Source: Balanoglossus misakiensis (lineage: Eukaryota; Animalia; Hemichordata). From it: 64,000 nt of DNA. The stretch spans positions 14,856,550 to 14,920,549 of the forward strand of contig CM082579.2 of assembly GCA_040954595.2 (NCBI GenBank). The letters run 5' to 3'. A model generated the notes under the pieces. The model worked only from the letters and a program-made list of their open reading frames with translations, was not told the DNA's origin and ran no database searches. The first letter of the stretch is position 1; each line of letters begins with the position of its first letter. A program made the translations under genes and the position numbers. Shown in pieces: positions 47,613-61,379 of the stretch.

Positions 47613-48373
47613 TTACCAAAGAACCTAATGTAAAAAAAAGAATGAAATTATTTTAATAATCTGATTAGGTCAAGTCATCATATTGATAAAGAAAACGACA
47701 AGAAGAAATCATTTAAAAATTAACGCTGCCAGCACCATTGGTTGGGCCCAAACGGTTCCCATTGTTACCAGGGTATGCCAAGGCTGTATTCTGCTGTGAA
47801 TACCAAGATATATGAAAGCTGGTCAAAGGTTACCCCAGGGTCATTGAAAATCGCAAAAAATAGCGTCAAGGACACTGTGGTCTCATTTAGTGATTACACT
47901 AGAAAAAGTCTACACAGGAGTACAGACAGACAGACACACACATAGAGAGGCAATAAAATATGATGCCCCCCCCCCCCCCAGCCCCGAAAACATCTTGATC
48001 TTATGTATGCTGGCCTGGTACAATAGACAAACCAGCCAATTAATGAAAATTTTGTACAGATACAGAGCTCAAAGTTGCATTTTAGTGAGCCCAAAAGCAA
48101 ATTAACTCAATGTTACGACAAATTTTACTTTTGCCACTCAAAGTTTGCATCGGTGGGGTGGGATGGCAAGTACTCTTCCCTGATACAATAGACAAACCAG
48201 CCAATAAATGAAATGAGGTGAAGAATGAAGGTGAAGAATGAATAACTTTATTTGATTCCATTATCTAAACAAACACATCCAATTAACTTCCTACTCAAAT
48301 TTCAAAGTAATCAGTCATAGGTTTTGTAAATCATCATGAGAAATCACCCTGAAACCAAATCAAATCAAAAATC

Positions 48374-48670
48374 ATATAAGCCTAGTCGGGCTCTGCGCTC
48401 CAGCTCAAGGAACCAGTTGTGTGTACCAAAGTACAGACTCAAAACATATGGTGGATGTGCCTTTTCCCTTGTCGCGCCACAACTTTGGAATTCTCTGCCA
48501 TCTGACATTCAACAGGCTTCTAGTCTCAACATTTTCAAACAAAAACTCAAGACATTTCTATTTGTCAAAGCCTACGAACACTGATGTTATACTTTCAGCG
48601 CCTTTGGAAATAACATTGTTATTGATTCTGCCGCTTTATAAATGTTTGTTTTGATTTGATTTGATTTGAT
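48374..48670 (+). mobile_element. 5'-truncated L2-like LINE 3' end with (TTTGA)n tail
   Basis: YKPSRALRSS...LCVPKYRLKTYGGCAFSLVAPQLWNSLPSDIQQASSLNIFKQKLKTFLF* is the typical L2 ORF2 C-terminus. It is followed by a short UTR (AGCGCCTTTG...CGCTTTATAAATG) and TTTGATTTGATTTGATTTGA. Confidence 0.9.
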
Positions 48671-49104
48671 CCCCCAAAAATATACTATTCAATTCATCAA
48701 GTTGATTTGAAAAACATACATGCAAATCTTACTTGAGCTACCCCTAACATGACTAACAAATTTTAAAGCAATGGAACAAGCGGTTTTAGAGAAAAAAAAT
48801 TAATTAAACAAGGCTGAAATTGCTCCAAAATTATCAATATGCAAATTTTGCAACATTTCAACAAAAGTATTGTAACTCATATCACCTACATGAAGCTTCA
48901 TACTAAATTTTTTTACCACAAATGAGGAAAAAGGCAAAAAATGCATAAAATAGAACATTCAAACTATTAGTTAAAAAAATACAGGATTGTATGTGGTTGA
49001 CATAAGGTACTTGCATACCAATTGTCAAATCAATCTGTAAATTATCATGAGAACAAACCCTGAAACCTTCAAATCAAATTTCAAAGCAGTGGGGGTAAAG
49101 GGGG

Positions 49105-49721
49105 CACAGTACGATATTTTACCCACAACTCTCCATGATTTGTATCATCGAGATTGTCCATTTAATTACTTTCTGTTTTAGATACTAACAATGATATGAA
49201 GTACATATAACTGTATTAAGATTTATCTAGAAAAAGTATGTTGAGGAATTAGAGTGAAAATTTCAAAATCAAGATTTAAAAGCCATAGAAATCAAAGTAT
49301 TCATTCATGTACGTCAAATGTCACACTTAGGAGGAAAGAAGCAATGACTAACTGAGGTGGCCAGTCTCTGTTTAAAGTTAACATGTAAATTTCCATTGTT
49401 CTGTCTATAGAAAAAAATCAATATCGTTTTGTTTGATTAAACAAGTGTTTCAAGTGTCCCTGTTTTACTTCAAACTTTTTTGTATCGGCTGGCTATGCTA
49501 TTGCTTATTTTATAAAATTTGTATCTCCTCTTTCAATAATGCATGATTTTGTTTATCATTTGAAATGGTAATTGACAATAAGATTCGCCTTTAAAGCATG
49601 CTCTCAAAATTTGTATTAGTGGTCTACAATTTTCTCTACACATGTGAACTTTGCCTGGTTTGACCGAGTAATCTCTGGTTGTACAAACCAGAGTGATTCA
49701 TGGGATATTTCACGTACTGTG
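49105..49721. mobile_element. 617-bp non-autonomous DNA transposon with CACAGT...ACTGTG termini and GGGGG direct repeats (Transib/RAG-like termini)
   Basis: GGGGG|CACAGTACGATATTTTACCCA ... TGGGATATTTCACGTACTGTG|GGGGG. It interrupts a host repeat (AAATTTCAAAGCA...TTCTGAGAAGA). Confidence 0.7.
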
Positions 49722-50501
49722 GGGGGTTCTGAGAAGAGTTTTGACCAAAAATGGCAAAAATCATCCCAAAAATATACTATTCAATTCATCAAGTTGATTT
49801 GAAAAACATACATGCAAATCTTACTTGGGCTACCCCTAATATGACTAACAAATTTCAAAGCAATGTAACAACCGGTTTAAAAAAAAAATTCAAAAACGGC
49901 CGAAATTGCTCCAAAATTATGAATATGCAAATTTTGCAACATTTTAACAAAAGTATGCTAACTCATATCACCTATATGAAGCTTCATACTAAATTTCAAA
50001 GAAGTCGTCTCATCAATTTTAGAAAAGTAGATGTTTTACCAAAAATGAGGAAAAAGGCAAAAAATGCATAAAAATAGAACATTCAAACTATTCAAAATAC
50101 AGGACTGTATGTGGTTGACATAAGGTACTTGCATACCAATTGTCAAATCAATCTGACCAGTGGTTTTGACCAATTTCAAATTTTCCCAGCTAATTTGCAT
50201 TTATTTAACAATTTCAACTGAATATGGCTGCCAGGTCAAATGACTGATTTGAATTTCAAGGTGCACACTCATTGGCAAGGACAACTGTGACAAATTCAAG
50301 AAGCATAGGTGTGGCAGGTTTTCAGAGCAAGGTGTAAAAAATATCCAGGGAATGGGGCCCAAGCTCCTAAAAACCCAGCACAATACCAATAGGGACTCAT
50401 ATTACTAACAAAGTGTAAGCCTGTAATAAGTCAAAAGCTGCACATCTTTTTACCACCTCGTGCCAGTACTAAGCAATAAGACTTTTTATAGAGTTGTTTA
50501 A

Positions 50502-51234
50502 GGTGGCACTGCATGAAACCGTCGAGACTTTTTCAGAGGCCTATTTCTCATCAAAGACAAAGTTTAAACCCCCATAAACCATATATATTCTGGAAGCTGA
50601 GATTTTGAACTTTTGTTTGAGTTGCAAATATTATTGATCCCCGGAAATGGTGGCGATTTTGGGCGAAAAAACCCATTTTTTGATATTATGTCATGAAATT
50701 TAAAATAGGTAAAAAAGTTGACCATGCATCATGCATCTTAATATGTCATTCGAAACTAAAGTACACGTGCAAAAAAACGCTAATTTTGTTTTGCGTTATC
50801 TGCTTCCATTGAGGAGTAACAGCGTTTGAAAGTTAGATTTTCTGAAAATTTGATCAAATTCACGGTGAGTTGTATTGAATCAGAGTTTATTCCCGCCAGG
50901 GACACTTTATCGACATACAAAACTAGCGTTTTGTTGGATGGGTCATACACAATTCCCTGTCAAAATTTGAGCAAATTCGGCCAATGCAGGGCGAAGCTAT
51001 TTTAGTCCGAAGTTGTCAAAAGCAGCGAAAATGCAAACCGAGAAAAACGGCCATTTGCATTGTTGACACCTATTTGTTAAGCTGTGAACTCATTCAGAAA
51101 AGTGCTATTTGGGGGTGATTGTGCACCATTTCCGCCAAGACGTATTAGTCAGGATGTGGGTGAGTATTAGGCCTACCGATTTATGTAAAAAAGTAAAATT
51201 TGGCAAAAATCACAACTTTTCATGCAATGCCACC
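50502..51234. mobile_element. 733-bp non-autonomous transposon, TTAA TSD, GG...CC termini (Kolobok-like)
   Basis: TTAA|GGTGGCACTGCATGAAA ... TTTCATGCAATGCCACC|TTAA. Confidence 0.88.
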
Positions 51235-52931
51235 TTAATTGTCTCTGCTGATGCCAGAGATTGAAAAAGAATCCTACAAGTTAGGATTTTCAGAAACAAT
51301 GATAGCTATTTCTATTACTGTTTGGAAACAAAAATGTGATGTTCACCGCCTTGTTTTCAGAAAAGTATTTACATAAATGTTTTTCCATAGAGTTAACACA
51401 GACATTGGCAGCCATCTTGAATTTCAAAAACTGCAACAATATCTCCAATGCAACAAATCTGCAAATTGTACTATTTGACACCTGACTTAGGTCAAGGGGT
51501 TTCAGAGATGATGACTACTCTTCAGACTCAGACAAAATAATAATGCAATATTCAGCGGAATTTCAAAAGCATTGACTAAGATCACCAAGGGACAATTCAT
51601 ACCAAAGATCAAAACAATTAGACGTACCTATTTTAAAGATCATTATGAAAACTTTACAGATTCGGTTATAATGTAAATAAAAGTAGATCACCCCTGTGGA
51701 CATGGCAATCAGACATGCATATTCTGACAAGATTTTTTGTTTGTACAAAAAGGCAACTGTCTCCAAAATACAAAATTACAGATTATGTCATATACCTCAG
51801 GGAGATCAATACTAAATTTCAGAGAAAATTTCCCCCCAAATATGCAAATTTCACCATATTTTGAAGAAACAACTTGTGTCATACCTAGAAACCTGCATAG
51901 TCAAAGTAATCTACGAGCTTAGCTTTTTTCTTCCAAAAACAGCAAAAAACTTGTTCCAAACTACAAATATGCAGAATTCAACACAATTTGAACACACATT
52001 ACTTCGCCACCCCAAGAAACCTGCACACCAATTTTAAAAGCACTTGCGCCAGTGATTTCAGAAAAGAAAAATGTTGACAGACATAGGATGACTGAACATC
52101 TATCTACCTGTCAGATAACTTTTGCAGTGCTGAGAGCAGAGCTAGAGATTGGTGTTGTCTTTTTACATTTTAAATCATCACACTTTGCTACTCAAAGCTA
52201 CTATTCTGCTATGCTTGAGAAATGACTTGGGACCATTTTTGGCAAACAATAGTCACTAATCTTCCTCAGTTTATAGTACAATGTACCTACACTGTTTTAG
52301 TAATGTACTGAAAATGTTCAGACTATTTCTTGTGTCTGCATATGTCTTTAGTACAGAAGAATAATCTATCCGGTTGTCATTTCTCTGTTTATTCAGAAAT
52401 AAACTAGTCTGGGTTGCAACAGTAAAAATTTTAAAATATTCATACCCTTTCTGAAGGATGTTCAAAACCAATACCTATGTGAAGCATTATATCAAATTTG
52501 CTGGGTAACTGTGGATTTATAACTTTTGCTAATTACAGTGCTAACTCACACTGGATGATTCAACGGTAATTTTAGATTCATATGAAGATTTTTTACCAAT
52601 AATGTTGAAAAATACAAACAAATGCATCAAAAATAGAAAATCAAAATTAGCTCAAAACATACAGGACTGTATGAGGTAGGCATGAGGTACTTGCATACCA
52701 ATTTCCAAATCAATCTGATCAGCAGTTGTTGAATTTTGCGAGTTTTGACCAATTTCACATTTTCCAGCTAATTTGCATATATTTGGTAATGACATTTTCA
52801 TGTTAACAAACTCCAATCTACAGCCCAGCCTGCATCTGCACACCAAATATCGAGGTGATATGCACAACGGTTTTCAAGTTTTAGATGTGGACGGACATAC
52901 AGACATACATCCATACAAACAGACAGACATA

Positions 52932-53129
52932 CTGTAAAACACTTTATTTTCGCGAGCAATTAATTTTCGCCAAATACGCGAGAGCCAAAATAACGTGAAA
53001 ATAAAAAGTCGCGTAAATTGTTTTTGAAGATAACGATGCAGTGAATGAAATAAGAGAACGCGAAAATTAATACTCGCGAAACAGTGGCCTCTCTCGATAT
53101 CGCGAAAAATTTAACTCGCGAAAATACAG
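52932..53129. mobile_element. TA-target MITE nested in the (ACAT/AGAC) microsatellite of a HINE-like element
   Basis: TA|CTGTAAAACACTTTATTTTCGCGAGC ... GCGAAAATACAG|TA. The interior is the reverse complement of 29447-29652. Confidence 0.85.
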
Positions 53130-53434
53130 TACATCCATACATAAATACAGACGCAACTGATTCCATAAGGCCCATGGTACATACCATATGGGACCTAAAA
53201 ACTGCAGAAGCTACACAAAACATTAATACTGAAAACATGGCAAACAGTTGTTGCTAACGGGGTTTTAAATCTCCCTTATAGATATTTTTGAACTCCCAAT
53301 TTATGATTATTGACTGTTTGATTGATTAGATGTTGCACAAATGATAGTATTATCAAAGTAAATAATATCTGTGAGAAATTTCTTTTCATATTTATTTGAA
53401 TATGGATAGGGTAAGATGGGGGTTAAACAAAACT

Positions 53435-56400
53435 ACATTTGTTCAAAAGTGGCAAAAACACAAATATGCAAAAATCACTATAATTGTACACCATCTTACT
53501 TAAATCACTACAAGGAACATTCCTGTCAAAGTTCAAAGCAATCTGACAAGCGCTTTCAGACACAGCGAATTTGATAACCATCTACAAATATATTTTTATT
53601 TTTTAAACAATTCTTTTACAACACCTTACTTGGGTTACCCCCCTAGGAATCTGCATTCTGAGCAAAAATTACAAAATTGCTCAAAATTATAAATATACCA
53701 ATTTCACAACAATTTGCAATTTGAACAAAAACTATGGCTTTCAGAAAGGAAGATTTTTCTTTACCAATAATGCAGTAAAAGACAAAACAATAAAAATAGA
53801 AAATTCATAATATTAGCTCAAAACAAAACATACAGGACTGTATGGCATTTATTGACATTTATAAGAATATGGACAGGGTATGATAGGGGGGGGGGGGAAT
53901 TATAAATTCCAAGGGGGTCATCAATTTTTTGTCATAGCTTTTTGGGGCCATAGAAAAAATAACCTAAAAAGTAGGAAATCCTACGTCCCCCTAAGCTTTC
54001 ATTCTGGCCAACAACTTTTTATGAAGGCTTCTGCAGTTGTTAAAAACAGATTGCCTGCTATGTTAGACTATCAATCTATAGAGGGGATGAAAAATGTCCT
54101 TTTGTCAAGTGTCTGGATTTTGATAACTTCAACAGGTAAAAATATATTTGTAGATGTTTATCAAATTCGCTATGTCTGAAACAGTATGCTTGCAAATGTA
54201 TTAATATAGTCAGATAATATGAATAGTGAAGATAGCAAAACAAACAGGTTTATGCTTATAGCCATAACTTCTATTAGTGATGTACATGTTGTACTTAGCA
54301 AATAATTGTTATGATCAACTTGGTTTTTATTGCACAAGATCTTTTTATTGCATCCATGTTTCGTTTCATTCTGGATAATAGTCTGTCTAAATAAGTTAAC
54401 AGGCTTGATGAGGGTTATTTTAAACAGTGTTCTCAAAAAACCTGCAATGTCATGCCCTATATTTATAAAGTTGAGGAGAGGTTGTATTCCTAGCAGGATG
54501 TTGAAATCATTGGAGGACAAACCCTGCCAGTACCAAAAGTTGCTGGGTGTTATAAATGTTTGAGTAACCCCCCCCCCCCCCTTCCCCAATAACACAATAT
54601 ATACTAAAACATTTTTACAACATCTTACTCAGTTTACCCTTAGGAATATGCCTACCAAATCAATCTGGCATGCAGTTTTAAAGAAAAAAAAATGACCAAA
54701 AGTGGCAAAAATTGCTCAAAATTAAAATATGCAAATTTTTCAACAATTTGAACAAAACTTTGGTTACTCAGACAACCATTAGAAGCTTCATACTAAAATT
54801 CAAAGAATGAGGCCTATAACTTTAAGAAATGATGATTTCTTTACCAATAATGTGGAATAATACAAAAAATGCATAAAAGATTTTTGGCATAAAAAATTAA
54901 AAATCGATCATATTAGCTCAAAACATACAGGACTGTTTGAGGTAGACATAAGGTACATGCATACTGATTTTCAAATGAATGTGACCAGTGGTTGTTGAGT
55001 TTGAGTTTTGACCAATTTCACATTTTCCTAGCTAATTTGCATATTTTTGGCAATGACAGCTTCATTTGAACAAACTCCAATCTTCAGCCTGGCCTGCATC
55101 TACACACCAAATATCGAGGTCATATGCCCAGCGGTTTTCAAGTTTGTGATGTGGACGGACATACAGACATACATACATACATCCACCGATATCATAAGGT
55201 CCCATGGTAAAGCAAATGGGACCTTACAAAACTATGATAACTCAGATCACCTATGAAGCTTCATACTAAATTTCAAATAAGTCAGCTGATCAATTCCAGA
55301 AAAGCAGATTTTCTACCGATAATGTGGAAAGAGACAAAAAATACATAAAAAATCGAAAATTCACATTAGCTCACAACATATAGAACTGTGTGAGGTTAAC
55401 ATAACTTACAGGAATACCAATTTTCAATTTTGAAAGCAATTTGCTCAGTAGTTGTCGAGTTCCCGAGTTTGGACGAATTTGACACTTTCCCAGCTAATTT
55501 GCATATTTTGGCAATGACAACTTCATTTTGACAACTCCCACTTAATGCCCTGCCTGCATCTCCACACTAAATATCAAGGTCACATGCCAGTGGTTTCCAA
55601 GTGTTTGATATTGATAGACATACAGACAAACATCCATACAGACATCCATATATACAGGTGCAACTGATCCCATAAGGTCCCATGGTATAAATACATATAC
55701 CTGCACCAAATGGGACCTAATAATTCTGATAAAATGCCTACATAGTAAGTTTAAAAACCAATTGTACCTTCAACGTCCTTGGACAACAATGGCTAATATT
55801 ACTTGCCAAGGGCGACTAGAATTTTGGGGGCCTGATGCAATTCTGATACATGTACTTCATGATTTAGAGATATTGTGAAAATCCTGTCAACCGAATTACA
55901 GGGAAATCAGATTTTCCATGTAAAATCATATCACCCAAAAATGTCAAGTGTCGAAAATAATTTTGAAACAAAAAGTCTACTCAAAATCATACCAAAATTT
56001 AAATTTTAAAGCAGTACGTTAGGCAAGCAATTTGAGAATGAAGAAACTTACAAAAAAATTATAAATTGAAAATAACTTACAAATGCCGTACACAAACTTA
56101 CAATCACTACCATATTACTGTACAAGTTAAAAGGACATTGTACCAGCAGAGACATTGCGATCGAGCAATCCCCAAGATATACATGACATGGTCTAATTAC
56201 AAATATTGAATATGTAAAATAGGTACACAACACTTCCATTCTTTCAGTACAGTCAGCTGCTTGTTAACAATAGGCATGTAGCTATTTCATCAAATTTACA
56301 GCCCAAGTCATGCCTATACAATTCTCCCTTAAGCTACCCTAAGTGAGTGATGAAAATCTCATATGGTCGACAATTGATGGCCGATTTTTGCCATGTTAAA

Positions 56401-57490
56401 GAAATGGGAGTTCATAAGGCTGCATTCACAAACACCTCTGGAGAGGGGGGGGGGGCAGGAGAATTGAGCGGGGGGGGGGGATTTGAAAAATTGAAGGTAT
56501 GTAAGGGGGGATTTGAAATAATTTAGGGACTGAAAGGGGGGACTTGAAAACTTTGACGACTAAATATTTATTTTGAGTCCACAAAAATGCAGTTTCGCGC
56601 CCTTTATTTTACACCCCCTCCCACACCCACCCCCCTCCATTCATCAACACCTTTCAATCATTAACTGGTTTATCTAGTGTCCCATGTCAGGGGACTTGCC
56701 CCCACCCCATGATAACTTTGAGCGGCGACGGTTAAATTTATCCTCCCCAACATACTGGTAGTTGAGTTAATTTGCTTTTGCCGGGTTCATAAAAATGCAG
56801 CTTTGAGCTCTGTATTTTATAAAATTTTCTTACGTGGGAGGGGGACACCCCTTCCCACACCCACCCCCTTCAATTCCCAGTTTACAATGTCTCCCAACAC
56901 AGAATACAAATACTTAAAAAATAAAAACCATGTTCAGTTTTAATACCCACTGATGAGGGGAAACATCAGTTTCAAAGTCTTTTCATGGGAGCGCTGTTTT
57001 TCTTTTTTACAAGATAGATAAGTGATGTGTTTTGCTCTGTGAAAGAAAATGGGGGGGGGATTTTAAAATTTTGGCAGTTCAGAAGGGGGTGGGGGATTTG
57101 AAAATATTTCGGGTTGTGTACAGGGGGGGGGCATGTGAAAATTAGCAGTAAAAAAATTGAATTCTCCCCCCCCCCCCATCCAGAGGTGTTTGTGAATGGA
57201 GCCTAAGCTAAAGCTAAAGTGATAATGGGTCATAACAGACAAAATAACAAAATGTGAAAAACATTTAATGAGTTTAATATGCTAACTACGGAGACAGACA
57301 TGTTTGACCAAAGCATGAAATACACAAAATGTATCATTTCTTCCACCTCTTACTACAGTGGGTTGTAGACTTTTCGCCCAGAATGCAATGTGATTTGACC
57401 CCCTAGCGCAAAGTGAAAACCTATTTAAGGCAGCCAGAATTTTCTGCATAGTATGACGGAAACATTTGTAAAGTCATGGCTAGCGTGGGC
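53435..57490 (+). repeat. Old local direct duplication, copy 1 (mosaic of HINE-like repeats)
   Basis: Collinear anchors shared with 61628-64000: ACATTTGTTCAAAAGTGGCAAAAACAC (53435/61628), TAACTCAGATCACCTATGAAGC (55238/62442), AAATGGGAGTTCATAAG (56402/63700), GTAAAGTCATGGCTAGC (57468/63980). Confidence 0.85.
56418..57203. mobile_element. 786-bp PIF/Harbinger (Tourist-like) non-autonomous element, TAA TSD
   Basis: TAA|GGCTGCATTCACAAACACCTCTGGA ... TCCAGAGGTGTTTGTGAATGGAGCC|TAA. The empty site CATAAGCTAAA is present in the paralogous copy at 63711. Confidence 0.92.
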
Positions 57491-60400
57491 TGGTAAGTTT
57501 ATATGGGGCTCTCCATGATAACCAGTTGTGGCTTAATACCACCACCATAATTTTGAAAGGGCGACTTCACTATTTGATGGGAAAAGGTAGCCTTTACAAA
57601 CAAGCTATGGAGCATGTATACAGCAAGTTGTGCTTACCGGAAAGCGGTCTTGGATCAGGCCTAGGTATTCTCTTCCTCCTCCGGCATACGTTGAAATGCT
57701 GTGTTTAAGACTGTGAATCAAATATATGCTTATCAATTAGTAACCAATCAACCTTGCTTTAGAATTATTTGGGCCATACTAATTAGTGAAAATATGCAAA
57801 ACATGGTATAATATAGGGTCAGACTGTGCTGCGATAATGTACGTGGAATACGAATCAGAGAAATCTGTAACAGCGATCTTGAAACTCCATTTACATCAGT
57901 ACTGCAGTAAAGTGGTCCACATGGGTATACCACAAACATGGCAGTTAGGTGACAAGTGAAACTGACATCATATCTGTAAACGACAGGTGTACACACACTT
58001 TGACATCTACGTAACACTGTACAATGATTTCTTAATGTTTGTTGTGAAAATGAAACTTACATTTGATCCACCTCACTTTTCATACAACTGGTTAGCGCAA
58101 GAATGTAAATTGTTGGCAATTATAAAACATTTATTTTACTATAGAAAAGTAAGCCTTTACATTTAAACTTTGAATATCAGTATACTAAAATGTTTCAAAC
58201 GTGGCTGTCAGTATATCTCATGGCATGGTGGCAGAAGTACATGTTGTTACCAGGGAAGACACATTGAACATAGACAAGCGCACTAGTCGCTTGGTGATTT
58301 TTCATCTAGATTCTCAAAACTTTCTGTGCATTTGGTAGCTTTGAGCAAGTTTCTGGTACTGAGCTGAGTTTCGAATTTGGAACTGGGCTGCTTTGGCTTT
58401 GATTACCATGGGCCAATATGATCTTATGCACACATTTTTGAAAAAAACTCCAGCCTGTTTGTGTCGTGATCTATATTTTTCTTTGTGGCCTAAGGTATTG
58501 TTTTATTTCACTATAAACAACATTACTTTCCTTCATGTGTCTATATATAATAATAGATCTCTTAGCCAGTTTGATGAAGCATAGTGTTGGACTAGCACAC
58601 TTTCAGCCAAAATTACGGTATCTCCCCGTGTATTGGTATGGGAGTAATTTCTAGCTATATGGTTAAGGAAATGCATCCAAATTTAATTTATGCTTCACAT
58701 GAAGATTTGAACTTGACCATTTAATTCATGTCATCACGATCATATCACAGGCAACCGAGGCTAGAATTCGAAGGAAAAAAGTATTGATAACTGGAAGGTG
58801 TAAATTAGTTCGTAGACATACATTGTTTCCTATTGTTTCGGTTGTGCCACGCCCGATAAAAGCAAATATACAGCAAGTCATGCTTACCATTGAGCGGTCT
58901 TAAACTCGCCCCAGACGAGGAAGAGAATCCCGAGTTGAAATGCAGACAATTTCAGGCAGCATCTGTGAATCAAATAGATATAGAAGTTAGTAACCAGTCA
59001 TAGTAGCTCTAAGTTGGGTGTAAAAGTCTAAGTTGGGTGTACTAACTCTCCTTGTTAACAGTAACTTTCAAAGAAACTGAGCAATTGGTTAAAAAGATTT
59101 GCTATCCAAAAACAAAGAAATTTACAACAAACTACCTAAATATTGACAACCAGAATTTAATCAAAGTTGCACATACATGTACATGTGTTATGAAATTGTT
59201 AACTAACTTCCAAAGCAATCAGGAACCAGATATTAACTGAATATGCTCACGTGCAGTACTGTGATTGGTTGACAGAATAACAAGATTAGAAAAACCAGTT
59301 TTAAACCATTTTGGTTTATAGTGTATATGGTGTAAGGGTTGTGTGTTGCACCATTGTGAAATGTAAACATGTTTGTGGAATTGTTGCCTTGTCAATTTTT
59401 GTAAGGGGTTATGAGTCATGTACCCCATCCTGAACTGCATAAAAATAATAAGTCTATGGAATTCTAAAACTCTTTGATCAAAAATGGCAAGAAATATACC
59501 AAAAAGTATGAATATTTCACCAGATTTCAACAAATCTGATTTCTGTTCATGCCTAAGAACCTCTTTAACAAGTTTCAATAAGGTAGACATTTTGGCAAAC
59601 AACAGGAAATTCAGACAAATCTGACTGATATCACATATATGAATTCCCATTCAAAGTTTCCAACCAATTGGACTTGTGGTATTACCGAAGACTATTTGGC
59701 CAAACCCTGCAGAAATTCCCAAAAAATACAATTATGCAAAATTCATTACAATTTGATCATATCTGACTGAGATCACCCCTAGAAACCCAAATACAAAGTA
59801 TCAAAACAATTGCACCTACATTTCACAGGAATGGATTTTTTGGCAAAAACAGGAAATATTGCCCAAAAATGCATTTTTGCAAATTTCACCACCGTTTGCA
59901 CAAATGTGATTCAGGTAAGCCCTATGAACCTCCATACCAAGTTTCCAATCAATTGGACATGTAATTTCAGAGAAAAATTTTTTTTAACAAAACTGCAGAA
60001 AATTCCCCCAAAAATTCATAAAAAATAGGAAACGCCAGATACTGACTCCACCTGAACAAAATCATACGAGGTCTTCCCAAAGTACTTGCACACCAATGCA
60101 CGCCAATTTTTAACTTAATCTGATCCGCTGTTATTAAGTTTTTCAATTTTGACTATTTGAACATTTTTCCAGTTAATACCAGTATGCATTTTTTCGCAAT
60201 AACAATTTCTATGTACACACTAAATATCAGTAGTTTCAAGTTTTTGATGTTGATGGACATACACATACATACATCAATACATTAAGACGAAACTGATCCA
60301 TTCACAAAATACATAATTCTGTATGAGGCACACATACAGACATACATAGCCGACGGACACCAACTTATGCTATAAGCTGACATTTATATACATGTTAGCC

Positions 60401-61379
60401 AAAAACCAAAATCAACCTCAAAATAGACATTAAAATATATTGCACCACCATGAGAAGACAAATTCATTTTTTGACAAATTTTCTGGGGCGTCATTGATAT
60501 AGCATGGCATATTGTCAAAGTACGTAGGCTCTGTGATAAGATTCCATACACACAAAATGGTAACCTTGGAAGTCCAGCTGACGTAGTTATGCAATGGCGT
60601 CTCGTGTATTCCGTCGCCAAAAAATCATCGTAAACTAATTGATAGTCGGGGTCACAATTCAAGACGACTTTCTCTAAATTCTTTATGAATGGATTAAATC
60701 GAAATCGAAACGTTGACGTATGACGTACGGAATGAGATCTGAACAGACATTCAATGTTATCATTCTCGCTCGATCACATATTGGGTAGGCCATCTAGCAA
60801 TCGCTATATAGTATTGGCGATAACAGACTGTCTATAAACACACAAAACGGATTTTACTGTTGAGTGTGATCAACCGCCATGTTATTTTTCTCTGAACAAT
60901 AGACAAATAGAAAGCCTGGTGACATTTTGAGATTGACTGCGTGAGGACCACAATATGCGTGAATCATTTACGGTTTGTCTTGATGAATGGGTCACGTCAT
61001 AGTCATAACGCGGATTCGGCTGCACGCCAACTATCCGCCATATTGTCTCCACTAACTTACTCGTAAGTAGTTTCAAACTTCATTTGAAAAGAGTATTCGT
61101 CTGACGGTCCTGTAGATTAACAATTTACGCTCTATGAAGCAACTAAACAACGTTAGCTTCCTTGTGGATTCACGTAGGGAAGTTATTCGTAACGACGGGT
61201 ACAGCGTCTGAGCATGGACAGAACCACGGCAATATCGCCAGGAATGTCTCATTTCACAGCGCCCTCAAACAGTCGATCTCCTCAAACTATCGTTTCCACT
61301 GGTCATATATGCAGCATTAACGAAAGCTCTCATAGACAACCATGTAATAGAAAAATTAAAACTTTAATAACTTCATTAA

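Noticed and set aside
48357-48371. AAATCAAATCAAAA as an inverted L2 tail (twin priming)
   Set aside because: The paralogous host repeat at about 49068 already has TTCAAATCAAAT at this position, so it is probably host sequence.
56948-56975. CTGATGAG...GAAAC hammerhead ribozyme core
   Set aside because: There is no room for stem II and no matching stems I/III with a cleavage triplet.
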